From Epiperipatus broadwayi (lineage: Eukaryota > Animalia > Onychophora), in contig JAQFVV010000001.1 in NCBI GenBank assembly GCA_028023455.1, positions 2,108,001 through 2,172,000 on the forward strand: a stretch of DNA of 64,000 nt, in the 5' to 3' direction. Positions within the stretch are counted from its first letter, which is position 1; every line of letters starts with the position of its first letter. Below, piece after piece: positions 1 through 11,601 of this stretch. The notes beneath the pieces were generated by a model that did not search any database, was not told where the DNA came from, and saw only the letters and a program-made list of their open reading frames with translations. Position numbers and translations under genes: made by a program.

Positions 1-1440
1 GAATTTTTGAGAGAAATGGGAGAATTTACTATGAAGGAAATAGTTGGACTTTGCAATTTGATATATAATAGTGGAGTTTGGCCTGAAGATTTTTTAAGAA
101 CTATAGTGATTCCAATTGCTAAAAAGAAGAAAGCTGTTAAATGTGAAGAGTATAGGACAATAAGTGTATTGTCTCATGTTTCTAAGGTGTTATTGAGGAT
201 TTTAACTCAAAGGATTTATGGGAAGGTTGACTATTATATTGCTGAAGAACAGTTTGGTTTTCGGAAAGGGAAAAGCACAAGAGATGCTATTGGTATTGTT
301 AGGACAATTGCAGAAAGATATATTGAAAGAGATAAAGGAATTGGTATATGTTTTGTAGATTTAGAAAAGGCATTTGATAGAGTAAGCTGGAATAAACTGA
401 TGTCTATCTTAAGAGATAAAGGAGTATTCTGGAAAGAAAGATGATTGATATGGAATATGTATAATGGTCAAAGAATAAGAGTTAGATTTGGATGTAATGA
501 GACTGATGAAGTGAATATAGAAAGTGGAGTTAGGCAAGGATGTAGTATGTCACCTGTTTTGTTTAATATTTATTTAGAAGATATGCTAAATAATTATTTG
601 GACTGTGGAGGAGCAAATGTTGGAGGGAGAGTAATAAAGTGTATAAGATTTGCAGATGATATGGCTCTTATTGCTGAGGAAGAAAAGGATCTTCAGAATA
701 TGTTGAATAAATTGGAAGAAGGATGTATGGCATATGGAATGAAGATTAATATTGAAAAGACTAAGTGTTTATGGATAGGGAGAGATGCAAAAAGACTGCA
801 AATTGGAATCCATGATGACATGGTGCAGCAGGTGAAGGGATTTAGATATTTGGGTTGTTGGTTGAGTGAGGATGGAAGAAGTGAAGATGAAGTTAAAAGA
901 AGAATAGCATTGGCAAAGGTGACATTTGTAAAAAGAAAGAAGATATTTTGTGGACCTATGGAAAGAGAATTAAGGAAAAGATTAATTAAATGTTATGTGT
1001 GGAGTGTATTAATGTATGGTTGTGAGACATGGACATTGAGTAATAGAATTAAGAAACGACTGGAAGCTTTTGAGATGTGGACATGGAGAAAAATGGAAAA
1101 AATCAGTTGGGTGAATAAAATAACAAATGAAGAAGTTTTGAAAAGAGTTAATGAGGAAAGAAGATTGATTGAAAGTATCAAAGAGAGAAAGAGAAACTGG
1201 ATTGGACATATACTAAGAAAAGATTATAGTTTAATGAAAGATGTTTTGGAAGGAATGGTGAGTGGAAATAAAAAGAAAGGACGGAAGAGATTGACATTAT
1301 TGGATGATATACGAGATGGAAGGGGTTATGTGGAATTGAGGAAGTGGGCAAGGAAGAGAATGGAATGGAAGAATGGATGAACTGATGTAGTGACTACTCT
1401 TTGGACCTGTCTATTGGACAGACTACTATTGATTGATATA
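1..1440 (+). mobile_element. RTE-clade LINE (family 1), RT and C-terminal part; starts before the window; one in-frame nonsense codon
   Basis: ORFs 7-444 and 445-1380 are in the same frame, separated only by TGA 442-444 (KER*LIWN). RT motifs: QFGFRKG, FVDLEKAFD, GVRQGCSMSPVLF, RFADD, YLG, LMYGCETW. Short 3' UTR with a TGTC..GACA hairpin and an ATTGATTGAT tail. Confidence 0.9.
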
Positions 1441-1555
1441 TATAATGTCTATACACTTAATGTAAGTAGAAGGGATATGAACTCAGAGTTTCAAGCTTCT
1501 TACATCTATCCATTCCATCTTATACAATTGATACAACCACATACATGTGGAAAAG

Positions 1556-1622
1556 ATAAATGATCTCCAATATATGTATTTTGGGCTGAACCGGCACTCA
1601 TCAGTTGGTCCAGATCACCATC
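1556..1622 (-). ncRNA. Decayed type I hammerhead ribozyme motif
   Basis: Minus strand reads TGATCT-GGA-CCAA CTGATGA GTGC-CGGTTCA-GCCC AAAA TACATA TA TTGG-AGATCA. Stem I pairs with a bulge and CTGATGA is intact; G12 is A. Confidence 0.6.
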
Positions 1623-2350
1623 TACCACACACATATACAATCAGTGTTCATTTTATTAAGATAGCAAATGTAGTTGATTGTGATGAAAGTCAGACATTTT
1701 GCTTCTTATTTTATTTTAAAAAATAAAGATGCAGTATAGTATGTTTGTTATTATTTTACATTTTTTTAATAAATGCAACTAAGTAATATACATATTGCTA
1801 ATTATATATGTAAATGTGAATTTATTATTAACTTCATTATTTTTTAAAATTTTGTTTATGCTATAACCTTAATTTATATATATGTACTATACACATAGAA
1901 AAGCTTCAGTGTTATATATATATATGTTGAAAAATACTGGTATACACATGCTATTCTAATGTAATTAAAACTTATCAACAAAAAGTGAGCTATTATACAC
2001 AATATACAATGTACACAAGTGGGACTCCAACAAAATCTAGTAGATATCATGGCTCCACTGTACATTAATTAAACTACTTCAATTACTTACATTTAAATTC
2101 TAAATTTTTTTTATTAATATCAATTACCATATGATTTTGTTGTCTTACACATCCTTTTCAAGTCAAACAAAATTGAAAATAAGATATAATAAAAACCTAA
2201 ATAATAGTTAAATGATTAACCACAATTCAATCATTTATCCATACTTGAAGTAAAGTGGTGTAAATGTTTAAATGTTAAATAAATTTCCATTTTATTTTTA
2301 CTTTTGTTTGATTTTGTAAAAAAGTAAAATGAATTGGTAGATGGTAGTAA

Positions 2351-2630
2351 ACCACTAAACATCATATGATCACCATTTCTTATGCTTGTTCATAACTGTT
2401 ATTAAAACAGGCAAAACTCTCCAAACAGTAGTGCCACTCAGTGCAATCCAGAGTAATCAATGGATGCCAGAAGGCTTCCACATAAAATCCCTATCTAGTG
2501 CCTACTCACCCAATATCTCCAGACTAGTTTCTAGCTTGTGGCTTTTGTCTGTGAGGAGCTTTGGATCTGTGAGCACTGTACCTAGATCTTGCCCTGAGTA
2601 GCACTACTGTATGGAGAGTTTTGCCTGTTT
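2351..2630 (-). mobile_element. HHR fold-back retroposon family, copy 1
   Basis: Homologous to 47766-48755. Internal inverted segment (AAAACAGGCAAAACTCTCC..AGTAGTGC and its reverse complement). 13-bp TSD TAGATGGTAGTAA at 2338-2350 and 2631-2643. HHR core degenerate. Confidence 0.85.
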
Positions 2631-2972
2631 TAGATGGTAGTAATAAGAAATAAGACTAGAAATTTAAATGATATAATAGCAAGTTTAGCTTTTGGGATAT
2701 AGTACTACGATATATTATAGACATATTATAATTATTAATATAACTAGTGCCTAGTAATCACATGAATAACAATTTTCCAGGATGACCTATTCATCTGTTT
2801 CATTTTCATATTACTCAATGGAACATTTATTATTATCAAGGTTTCAATGATGATCTTCTTGTAGCATTGGATTTTACATTTTCACATACTGATATCATGA
2901 ATTACATGTCCAAATAGCTTTAATCTAATTTGTTTGTTTTACTCTTTATAATTTTCAACACACTATATGTGA

Positions 2973-4221
2973 ATCAGCCTTTTATCAGTTTTATACAAAA
3001 TTTTTACCAAGATAATTACAACTCATCTACAGAGAATATTGGATTTCCACTGACCAAAAGAACAAGCTGGATTTAAAAGTGGTTTTAGTGCATTAGATCA
3101 TATCCAAATATTGAGAGAAGTTATAGAAAGGACAAATGAATATGAGTTGCCATTATGCTTTGGATTTGTAGATTATGAAAATGCATTTGATTCTATAAAC
3201 ATTTCTTCAGTGATTAAAGCATTAGATCATCAAGGTATAGATCCAGGATATTGCCATATTTTGAAGAATATTTATAAAAAGGCAACAGCAACAATTAGAT
3301 TACATAATGATACTAGGAAAGTCAATATTGAAAAGGGTGTAAGACAGGGTGACTCCATATCTCCAAAACTCTTTACAGCAGTGCTGCAATAAGTATTTTG
3401 TGGATTAAAATGGAAAACTAAAGGAGTGAAAGTAAATGGAGATTATTTAAGTCATTTAGATTTTGCAGATGATGTAGTTGTTTTTGCAAATAATGCTTTA
3501 GAGCTGCAGGGAATGTTGAAGGAGTTATCAGATGAAAGTAGGACTAAAGATAAATGTTAAAAAGACTAAAGTAATATGCTCAATGGATTTTCTCAAAATA
3601 TGAAAATAAAGCTAATGATGAGTAAGAAGAAGTTAACAGCTACAAATAAATACCTTGGTCAGATTATTAATAGAAATAGAAACATAATGGATGAAATTAA
3701 TCATAGAATTAAACTTGTTTGGAGTGCTTTTGGTAGAAATAACTTGATATTAAAAGGAAATATGGATATGTGTTTGGTTTTTAATAAATATGTTTTACCA
3801 GTTCTTACTTATGGATCTGAGACTTGGACACTTAATATAAAAGCAATGTAGAGACTTTCAAACACTCAAAGAAGTATGGAAAGATACATGTTAGGAGTAA
3901 CAAGAAGAGATCGGAAATGCAATACATAGGTAAGAGAACAAACAGGTATTACTGACCTCATAGAAAAAATTAAAAGACTGAAGTGGGGTTGGGCTGGACA
4001 TATTGCTAGAAGAGATGATAATAGATGGACAATTGAAATCTTAAACTGAATTCCAAGAAATTGCAAAAGACCCAGAAAGAGACCACATGTGAGATGGATG
4101 GATGAAATAAGAAAGTGTACAGGGGTGATGTGGAGAAGAGAAGCTAAAGATCGGAGATGGATTGAACTTGGAGAGATCCTCATCCTGCAGTGGATTGATA
4201 ATGGTTGATGATGATGATGAT
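2973..4221 (+). mobile_element. 5'-truncated, decayed RTE LINE (family 2, same family as 17182-20024)
   Basis: Colinear with 18758-20024, with stops and frameshifts; (GAT)n tail; 8-bp TSD ATATGTGA at 2965-2972 and 4220-4227. Confidence 0.9.
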
Positions 4222-6763
4222 ATGTGAGTAGTTTACATTAATTTCCTCCTTGCAGCTTAAAACATTTAGGGAAAGTGAAATTCAGAATAGGATAATAAAA
4301 AAAAAGTATAATTAATAAATAAAAAAGATTACATCTCAGTAAGGCCTCTCAGAATTGCCAAATTTGTATTCAGAGCTAACAGCCTAAGGGATAAGCATAA
4401 ACATTTTTTATATTTTATGAATATCATTTATAATGTTAATTTAACAAAATTATTTGAGTTTTTAATGGTGTTAATGGATAAATATTAAAATATCTCCATT
4501 TTTTTTTTTAAAAAAAATTAATTGTTATCAGATTAATTACTTATAGTCAGGAAGAGAAACTTGAAACTCAAATTCATTCTGGCAAAATGTCTCAAACTGT
4601 CTTTAAAAAATAGAATAATGGGTCATCTATTAAATTTAAAATTACAGTAATTAATATGCAGATTATTATAGAACAACTTTTCTAAATAGCTTTAAATATA
4701 AATCACTTAAATTTTACTAACAAATAACATATTAAAATATGATATCTACCAGTTGTTATTTAAATAATGCTAAAATTGTACTATCTGTAAAATAAAAGGA
4801 AGCAAATAATATAATACATAAACACATATTTAAACAAGTGTATAAAAATTTAAAAAATAAGAACAAAGATTAGAGTTAGAATTGCTATGTGTTTAATTAA
4901 TGAAGGAGAAAGTAACTGCATATTTATAACAATTATTAGAGATGACCATTATCATGAGACTGAAGACAGTAAGATAAAAGAAATGTAAAGACCAATGATA
5001 TCTTTTTTATTATCATATATAAATAAGTTTTTAAAAAAGAAAACAGTGAATACTTATCAGTTTTATTATTTTTTACCAAGAAGCCAAAACAGTTAACCAT
5101 GACTAAGGCTGATAAACCATATAGTTGAAAATATAGTATCAGATCTACACAGTTACACAGGTAAATCAATTTTAGAGCCTCCTCCCTTCCCCCCAAATGA
5201 TCCTTACATTATTAAGACACAAATATAAGTGCACAGTATGACAATGTACAATACTGTTTTGAAAATCATACAAATGTCTTGATAGATCAAAAGGATTAAT
5301 CTTTGACCTGATTTGAGATAATAATGCTTTTCGAAATCTTATCATGTGAATTCATTAATTAATGGAAGATATAATTAATGTATTCAATTAATCAACATAT
5401 TTAAATTATTAATATGTCAAATGATGATTTCAAATAGCAATAAAACAAGCTAATAAATTGTATGTATGTAAAATGATTTACTAAAAACTGGTTTATAACT
5501 TCATAGCTGATGCTATGACACATGAGAAAAAAAAAAAGGGAAGACTATAATTTTCAATTAAAAATACTAACATTATATCATTGATTTATTATACTTAAAA
5601 TATATATAACTGAAATCATACTATTATATAGTAAAAAAATAAAAAAATAAATAATTTACATATGTTTTGAGTAGATGCACTTTAGATTTCAACATTTGTA
5701 TCTACTTCCTTCCAATTTTTATATAACATTATTATAATTACAAAATTATCTTTACTGTTTGCATTGTGATATTCAAACGATAAACATTAATTCAAAAATA
5801 ATTTAGTCGATTTTCATGTTTGGTGAGTATTATTGCTAATCTTAACTTCAGTCATTTTAAAAATAAAATTAAAAAAAAAAAAGGATTATGTGTTAACTTA
5901 TCAAGTATAAGAAGGTTACATGTATGTTAAGTTGATTGCTAAGCTGTTTGTATTTAAACTATCATGGTTCATTTAAATTATTAATGAGCATATTACATTT
6001 CTCTATAAAATATTATTTATTATTTGGTAAGTTATTTTATATGCAAATTAATAAATCCTTTTTAAAGAATTTAACATATCTTGTGCTTGACTATAATAAG
6101 GTCAGGTTGTCAAAGAAAATTATAAGCTGTCAAATTTTTTAATTTTATTTTGAAAATCCAAAGAAAGTAAATACAATCTAAGAATAGTTTCTGTCAAAAA
6201 TCTTCTTATTGGATTCAACAAATAGTAAAATCTATTAAATTAATCTTTTCTAATATATAATAATTTTCATTCTTTTATAAATAATAATCACAGTTTATCT
6301 AAATTACCCAATTTTTATATTACTAAACTGCATCTAGAAATTCATTAGAAAGGTTTATTTAAATAACTTTTTGTATCTGAATTTTTTTTATCTCAAAACA
6401 CTTAGCTTATTCATACACAAAATAAATATGTATAATAATAGTCATATATTTGTCTAAAATTCAATTATATAAAGTGAATAGATTATGATTATCTTAGACA
6501 TTACATGTAGGCTGAATTGGCAGAAATAAGAAATTTATTAATATTTGAACATCTAAATAATACTCTCCTTTCCAACCATAGACACCAGAAAAAGTCAAAT
6601 AATTTTCAGAACATATTTCTGATAAACTAGCATTCTCAGTTGGTTCAGATCATCAAATGTCTTCATAATTGATCCACTATTTTATCCATTGTATTTTGTT
6701 ATAATTTAATCTACAAGAATACATCTTTTGTACATCATTGATAATAACTATCAGTTTTTAGAT

Positions 6764-9187
6764 CAGGGGTCTTCACATGGCTGGTTGGTGATAATGTTGT
6801 GAACAAACTTTTGACTAAGGAGAGAAACCATGTGGATGTACAAGAAAGGGGAGACCTTGGATTATTTTTGATAAAACTAAAAACAAAGTATTTAGTTAAC
6901 CAACATCAAGAAAAAAGCTCTCATTAAAAGTAATTTCTACTAAACATTTATTTTTCATATATATTGTAACACTCTCATTTATATATTATGTAACACATAT
7001 ATGCATCACATGTTTATAGTTTAAAATATAAAAAAAAAAAAAGAGGAAAGGTAAATAAATGAAAGAGAATAATTTTAAGAAATAAACTAAAATAGCAATT
7101 AGATCAATTAGTAGAGTTTTATTAATTGAATTACAAGAGTGGGGGGAAAAATTCTGATTTAAGTTAAGATTCAGAATCTGTTCTTTTCTTTTTATCTTTA
7201 ATAAAAAATTAATGTTGTAAAAGAAATAGGATATAATGTCAAAACATAATGTAAATTAAAATAAAAAAAATGTAATTCAAATTGGAAATAGACAATAAAC
7301 TAATTATGGCAAGTAATTTTTGTAAACTATGTCATCAGCAGAAATACAATTAAATTTTGGAAAATTTTTGACCTATAAGATAGTAGTAGAAATAAGATTA
7401 ATCATTTAATTAAAAATTGAAAGCAAAAAATGCATAAAAGTAAACAATAGGAGAGGAAGTGTATAAAAATGGTCAGCTTTATAGTTGGAAGCTGTTAGTT
7501 GAGAATCTTTTTGTCTTGAAGTTAAGTAGTTAGTTAAAAAAATTTGTGTTGAAATCAAGAGGGAGTCAAGTCCATAAATCATTAATTAATAATCGACTAA
7601 GCAATACCATACATTGCTCTGAAAACCACAGGAGTACACATCAGGGCTTCATTCCTCAGCCTCCATCACCATCAATCTTTCTCCTGCTATCAATGCTTCA
7701 CCCATAATGTAGGACTCTGCCATCTATATTCTATTGCTGTTCCGAAGTTCTGAAAAGAGAAAGGACAAATGGCCAGCCATGAAGAGCGCAAGGAGCGTCA
7801 TGAACTTAAAAACCCATGGATTGTGAAAGAATGACCATCTAAATTGTCACAAATAGATAATGTCACATCCAAGTTAAAACCTAAGTAAATATATTGAACT
7901 TTACTGCTAAATGTCTAGAAATTATTAAGTATAAATGAACTGATATGAATGAAGGTCTATTAAGATTACAAATGTCAGAATTTTATAATAGAAGTATGTG
8001 ATAAATTAACTCTTGTTAAACTATATTTATTTTGTTTGGTAATTATGGGTATACATATTTTTATTGTGTTAAATATATGTGTAATTGAAATATTCACATA
8101 ATGTCACATCCAAGTTAAAACCTAGGTAAATATATTGAACTTTACTGCTAAATGTCTAGACATTATTAAGTATAAATGAACTGATATGAATGAAGGACTA
8201 TTAAGATTACAAATGTCAGAATTTTATAATAGAAGTATGTGATAAATTAACTCTTGTAATGTTGGCTAAAGATTACTTGGTCTGTTCTCTTTTCTTTACC
8301 TACATTGCCATGATTGGAGGATTGGCCAGGTTTGATATGTGCTCTTATCCTCTGTCTCATAGTGCTGGAATTAGTCTGGGTTAGTTTCCAAGCGCTGCAT
8401 TTCGATATTCCTTTCATCAGGGCATTCTGGTTATATAAAGTTTATATGGCCAGATGGTGCCTGAAATTTATCTCAAAAAAATAAATTGCCTTTGGAGAAT
8501 TGGCTTAGTCCCAGCAGTTATGGAGGGATGCTGTGATCAGAAAAAATGATCGGGATTTGTATATTTGTGCAGTCTCAATCTGATCATAGGTATGATTGAT
8601 AATACCTTTCTGCTTGGGTGTACAATCACAGGGTGTCAAAACTGTTCTAAATTTACAAATAGTTAATAAGTATGTGAGTCTACATACCTTAAGTAAATCA
8701 ACTAAACTAATGCAATGGAAGATATTAAGATCAATAAAAGTTACAACAAAATATATAAATTTATAGTTGTTATATAATATCCTAAAAGAAACAAAGAAGT
8801 AATGTAAAAAGATGATTAAAAAAATAATAATAAATAAATAAAATAAACTGTGACTGTTACAATGATCATCCTCCCACCTGTGATCATTACAATATATATA
8901 TAAATATGCAGTTATTTCTTATTTTTATGTTATTATAATTATCACAATATATACATAATAATGAATTCTGTTCTTCAGTTTTAAATTTTATTTTATGTCT
9001 TTGGGTATTGCTCATAATTATATTTGTAATGATTACTTCTTATATCTTATTCTGTGATTATTTCTCAATATAATTTTTGAATAAAATTAATTTCTAAAAG
9101 AATATTATCAAATTTTATGTTATGAGGTAATCTCTTGATAATATGTTGAAAGGGGCAGTGAACAAAAAAAAAGGCTGAAAACTTCTG
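6764..9187 (+). mobile_element. Non-autonomous hAT (Buster-like) element with nested cargo
   Basis: Termini CAGGGGTCTTCA and GGCTGAAAACTTCTG. 8-bp TSD TTTTAGAT at 6756-6763 and 9188-9195 (central TA). 6787-6927 encodes GDNVVNKLLTKERNHVDVQERGDLGLFL..HQEKSSH*, resembling a hAT transposase C-terminus. Confidence 0.7.
7857..8257. repeat. 160-bp direct repeat with an 81-bp spacer (period 241)
   Basis: 7857-8016 is nearly identical to 8098-8257. Confidence 0.9.
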
Positions 9188-10089
9188 TTTTAGATAAATA
9201 TATCAAAGTTATTAGTAACTATTTATAAAGCTAGATTGTTATTATTATTAATTCAGATTTAGATTTTAAACAGTTAAAAATCAATATAGCTATTATTATA
9301 AATTCTAATCACACATGGCATTAAACATTTGAGAGGACTTTAAGGTATAGGCCAATTGTGGGGATAATTTATCTTTTTCTGATGTCTTTAGTATTTGTTC
9401 CCATAAAGGAGAATAATATTTATCAGTAGATTTTAATATATATATATATATTTAACCCTATACACATTTAAAAAATAAAAAAATAAAATAGTCTAATGCA
9501 ATTGGGGTTTACAATAGATATACTGATTTAAACTGAGTTTAAAGTCTATATCTAAGCTAACAATAATATAACAATTTCTAATCTAATACATAATTATTAA
9601 ATTTTATATATTTAAAAATTATCATCAAGGTTGTACAAGAGATGTAAAAAAAATATTTTTTAAGCAATTTTTTTGTGTGCAAAATTCTCATTTCTCTTTT
9701 GTTTGAAATTACATAGAACATAATTTAGGAAATACTAATTTAGATTGCTTTTATTTTCTACTAAGAATGTATTATTGCCTCTTTATATTTAATATTTATT
9801 ATATATCATGTACAGTATATATGTAATAGATCTATTTTAACTGATTGATAAACCACTACATCACACAAAGATTATTGAATTCCTGCTTAAAACCATTGAT
9901 CCTGAGAATGAGAATGTGTTCTGAAAAAACACAAGAAGATTATAACTCTAAAAACTGCTAGAAAATATAAATCCACATATATATATATTCTATGTATATT
10001 TTCATATATTTTTATAATAAAAAAAACATTTTTTTATTTTAAAGCATGTTTTTTATTTGAACTAAAGTCTTATATTATATCTTCACTAA

Positions 10090-10460
10090 TATTTCAACCA
10101 ATTTCATATGACCATTTTCAAGGATTTACCAACTAAAAAATGTATGACCAAAATAAAATCCTATATGTTCTAGACTTGAAATATTTTACATAATATACTT
10201 AGATACAAATAAAAAAATTAAAATTTACTAATTTATAAAAATCAAAAATAATTTTTTTTATTTTTATATTTACAAAAAAATGTTTTTTCCTTTTTATTTA
10301 TAACTTTTCTAAAATTTTATCTTTAATCTTAACTTAAATTTTCTTACCCCTCCCCCTTTTTCCAATTTCACTCCTAAAAATACATAATTAATTAAATACA
10401 TTAATTTTATTTATCTTCTTAATTAATTTAAATCATCCAAATTCTTTTTTTTTATTTAGC
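10090..10460 (-). repeat. Old AT-rich interspersed repeat; an inverted homologue lies at ~16800-17181 plus ~20025-20100 (split by the RTE)
   Basis: The reverse complement of 10290-10445 matches 16815-17000. The reverse complement of 10100-10190 matches the flanks on both sides of the RTE insertion. Confidence 0.6.
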
Positions 10461-10525
10461 CAAGTCATTCAAACTGTAAATATTTATACACATTGTATTA
10501 TACTTTTTCCATTTATTTAACACTG

Positions 10526-11215
10526 TGCTGAGTCAGGAAAGCAACAAGTAAATAATTGACAAAGACAGTATCGAAATAGCAAACTAAGGGTTTAATTAAA
10601 TAACATGAGAATATTTATAAAGTTTGTATAGCCTATTTTAGGCACATGAAAAATAATAAAAGGCCATGGTGACCTGTACATAATAAACCCTAGTTCTGCT
10701 TTCGACTTACAGACAAGAGTTTCTGAATTACATTAACACCAGAACCCCCATAATAGGATTTGGGAGTTTATATATACCTTTGAAGATTTCTGAAACATTT
10801 TACATACTTTGCCATATATGGTATTTTTTACAATAATTTGACCTTACAAGGTCAAGAAACAATTTTACAAATTACAGATGCATGACTTAACAACATTACT
10901 GTTTTATTATATGCTCAGCATTTCTGATTACAGGAATCTGCTTCAGGCTACTACAGTCTTTCATTTCATATATGTTTTATTATTACATATATGTTTAAAT
11001 GATAGTTGCACATATCTTATAAGTTATTGTAAATAATTACTATATGTAATTATTTCACATAATCATTATACATAATTATTATACATTTTTACATGATTAT
11101 TATTCATAATTCTGTACAAAGTTATTCATTTTTATTCTACACAATTACTACATATATTTTTTATATATTATTGTCACACACCTATCTATATATTTGCTTG
11201 ATCTTGAACACTGCA
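10526..11215 (-). repeat. 3' LTR of the Gypsy provirus
   Basis: Aligns end to end with 15050-16010 apart from the insertion in the latter; followed on the plus strand by CTCCTCGCCC (PPT complement). Confidence 0.8.
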
Positions 11216-11539
11216 CTCCTCGCCCATTACAGAAGTATGGCACTTTATCTAATATGGTCTTTGAGGTGAACATGAGGGGTTTTGTTTCTTGTGAGATGCT
11301 GCAAGTCTTTGTTATATGTCAGTGGTGACTTCGGGTCAGCTATCTCATTGTCAGAAGAATCTCTGACAGTCAATATTCTTCTTCATATTCGTTGATCTCC
11401 AAACTGGTTGATGTTGTAGTTTCGACTTCAATATTGTTGTCAGTTTTTTCTTTGCTGTTTCCATTATTTATGGTTGACGGATATTGTTTTCTTAGCTGGT
11501 TTTTATGTTTCCAGAATATTAAGCCCCCTTTAATTTCAA

Positions 11540-11601
11540 TTTCTGCCAGGTATATTTCTCATGATGGTTGTTTCTGCCAGGTATATTTCTCATGATGGTT
11601 G
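11540..11601. repeat. 31-bp tandem duplication
   Basis: TTTCTGCCAGGTATATTTCTCATGATGGTTG x2, exact. Confidence 0.95.
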
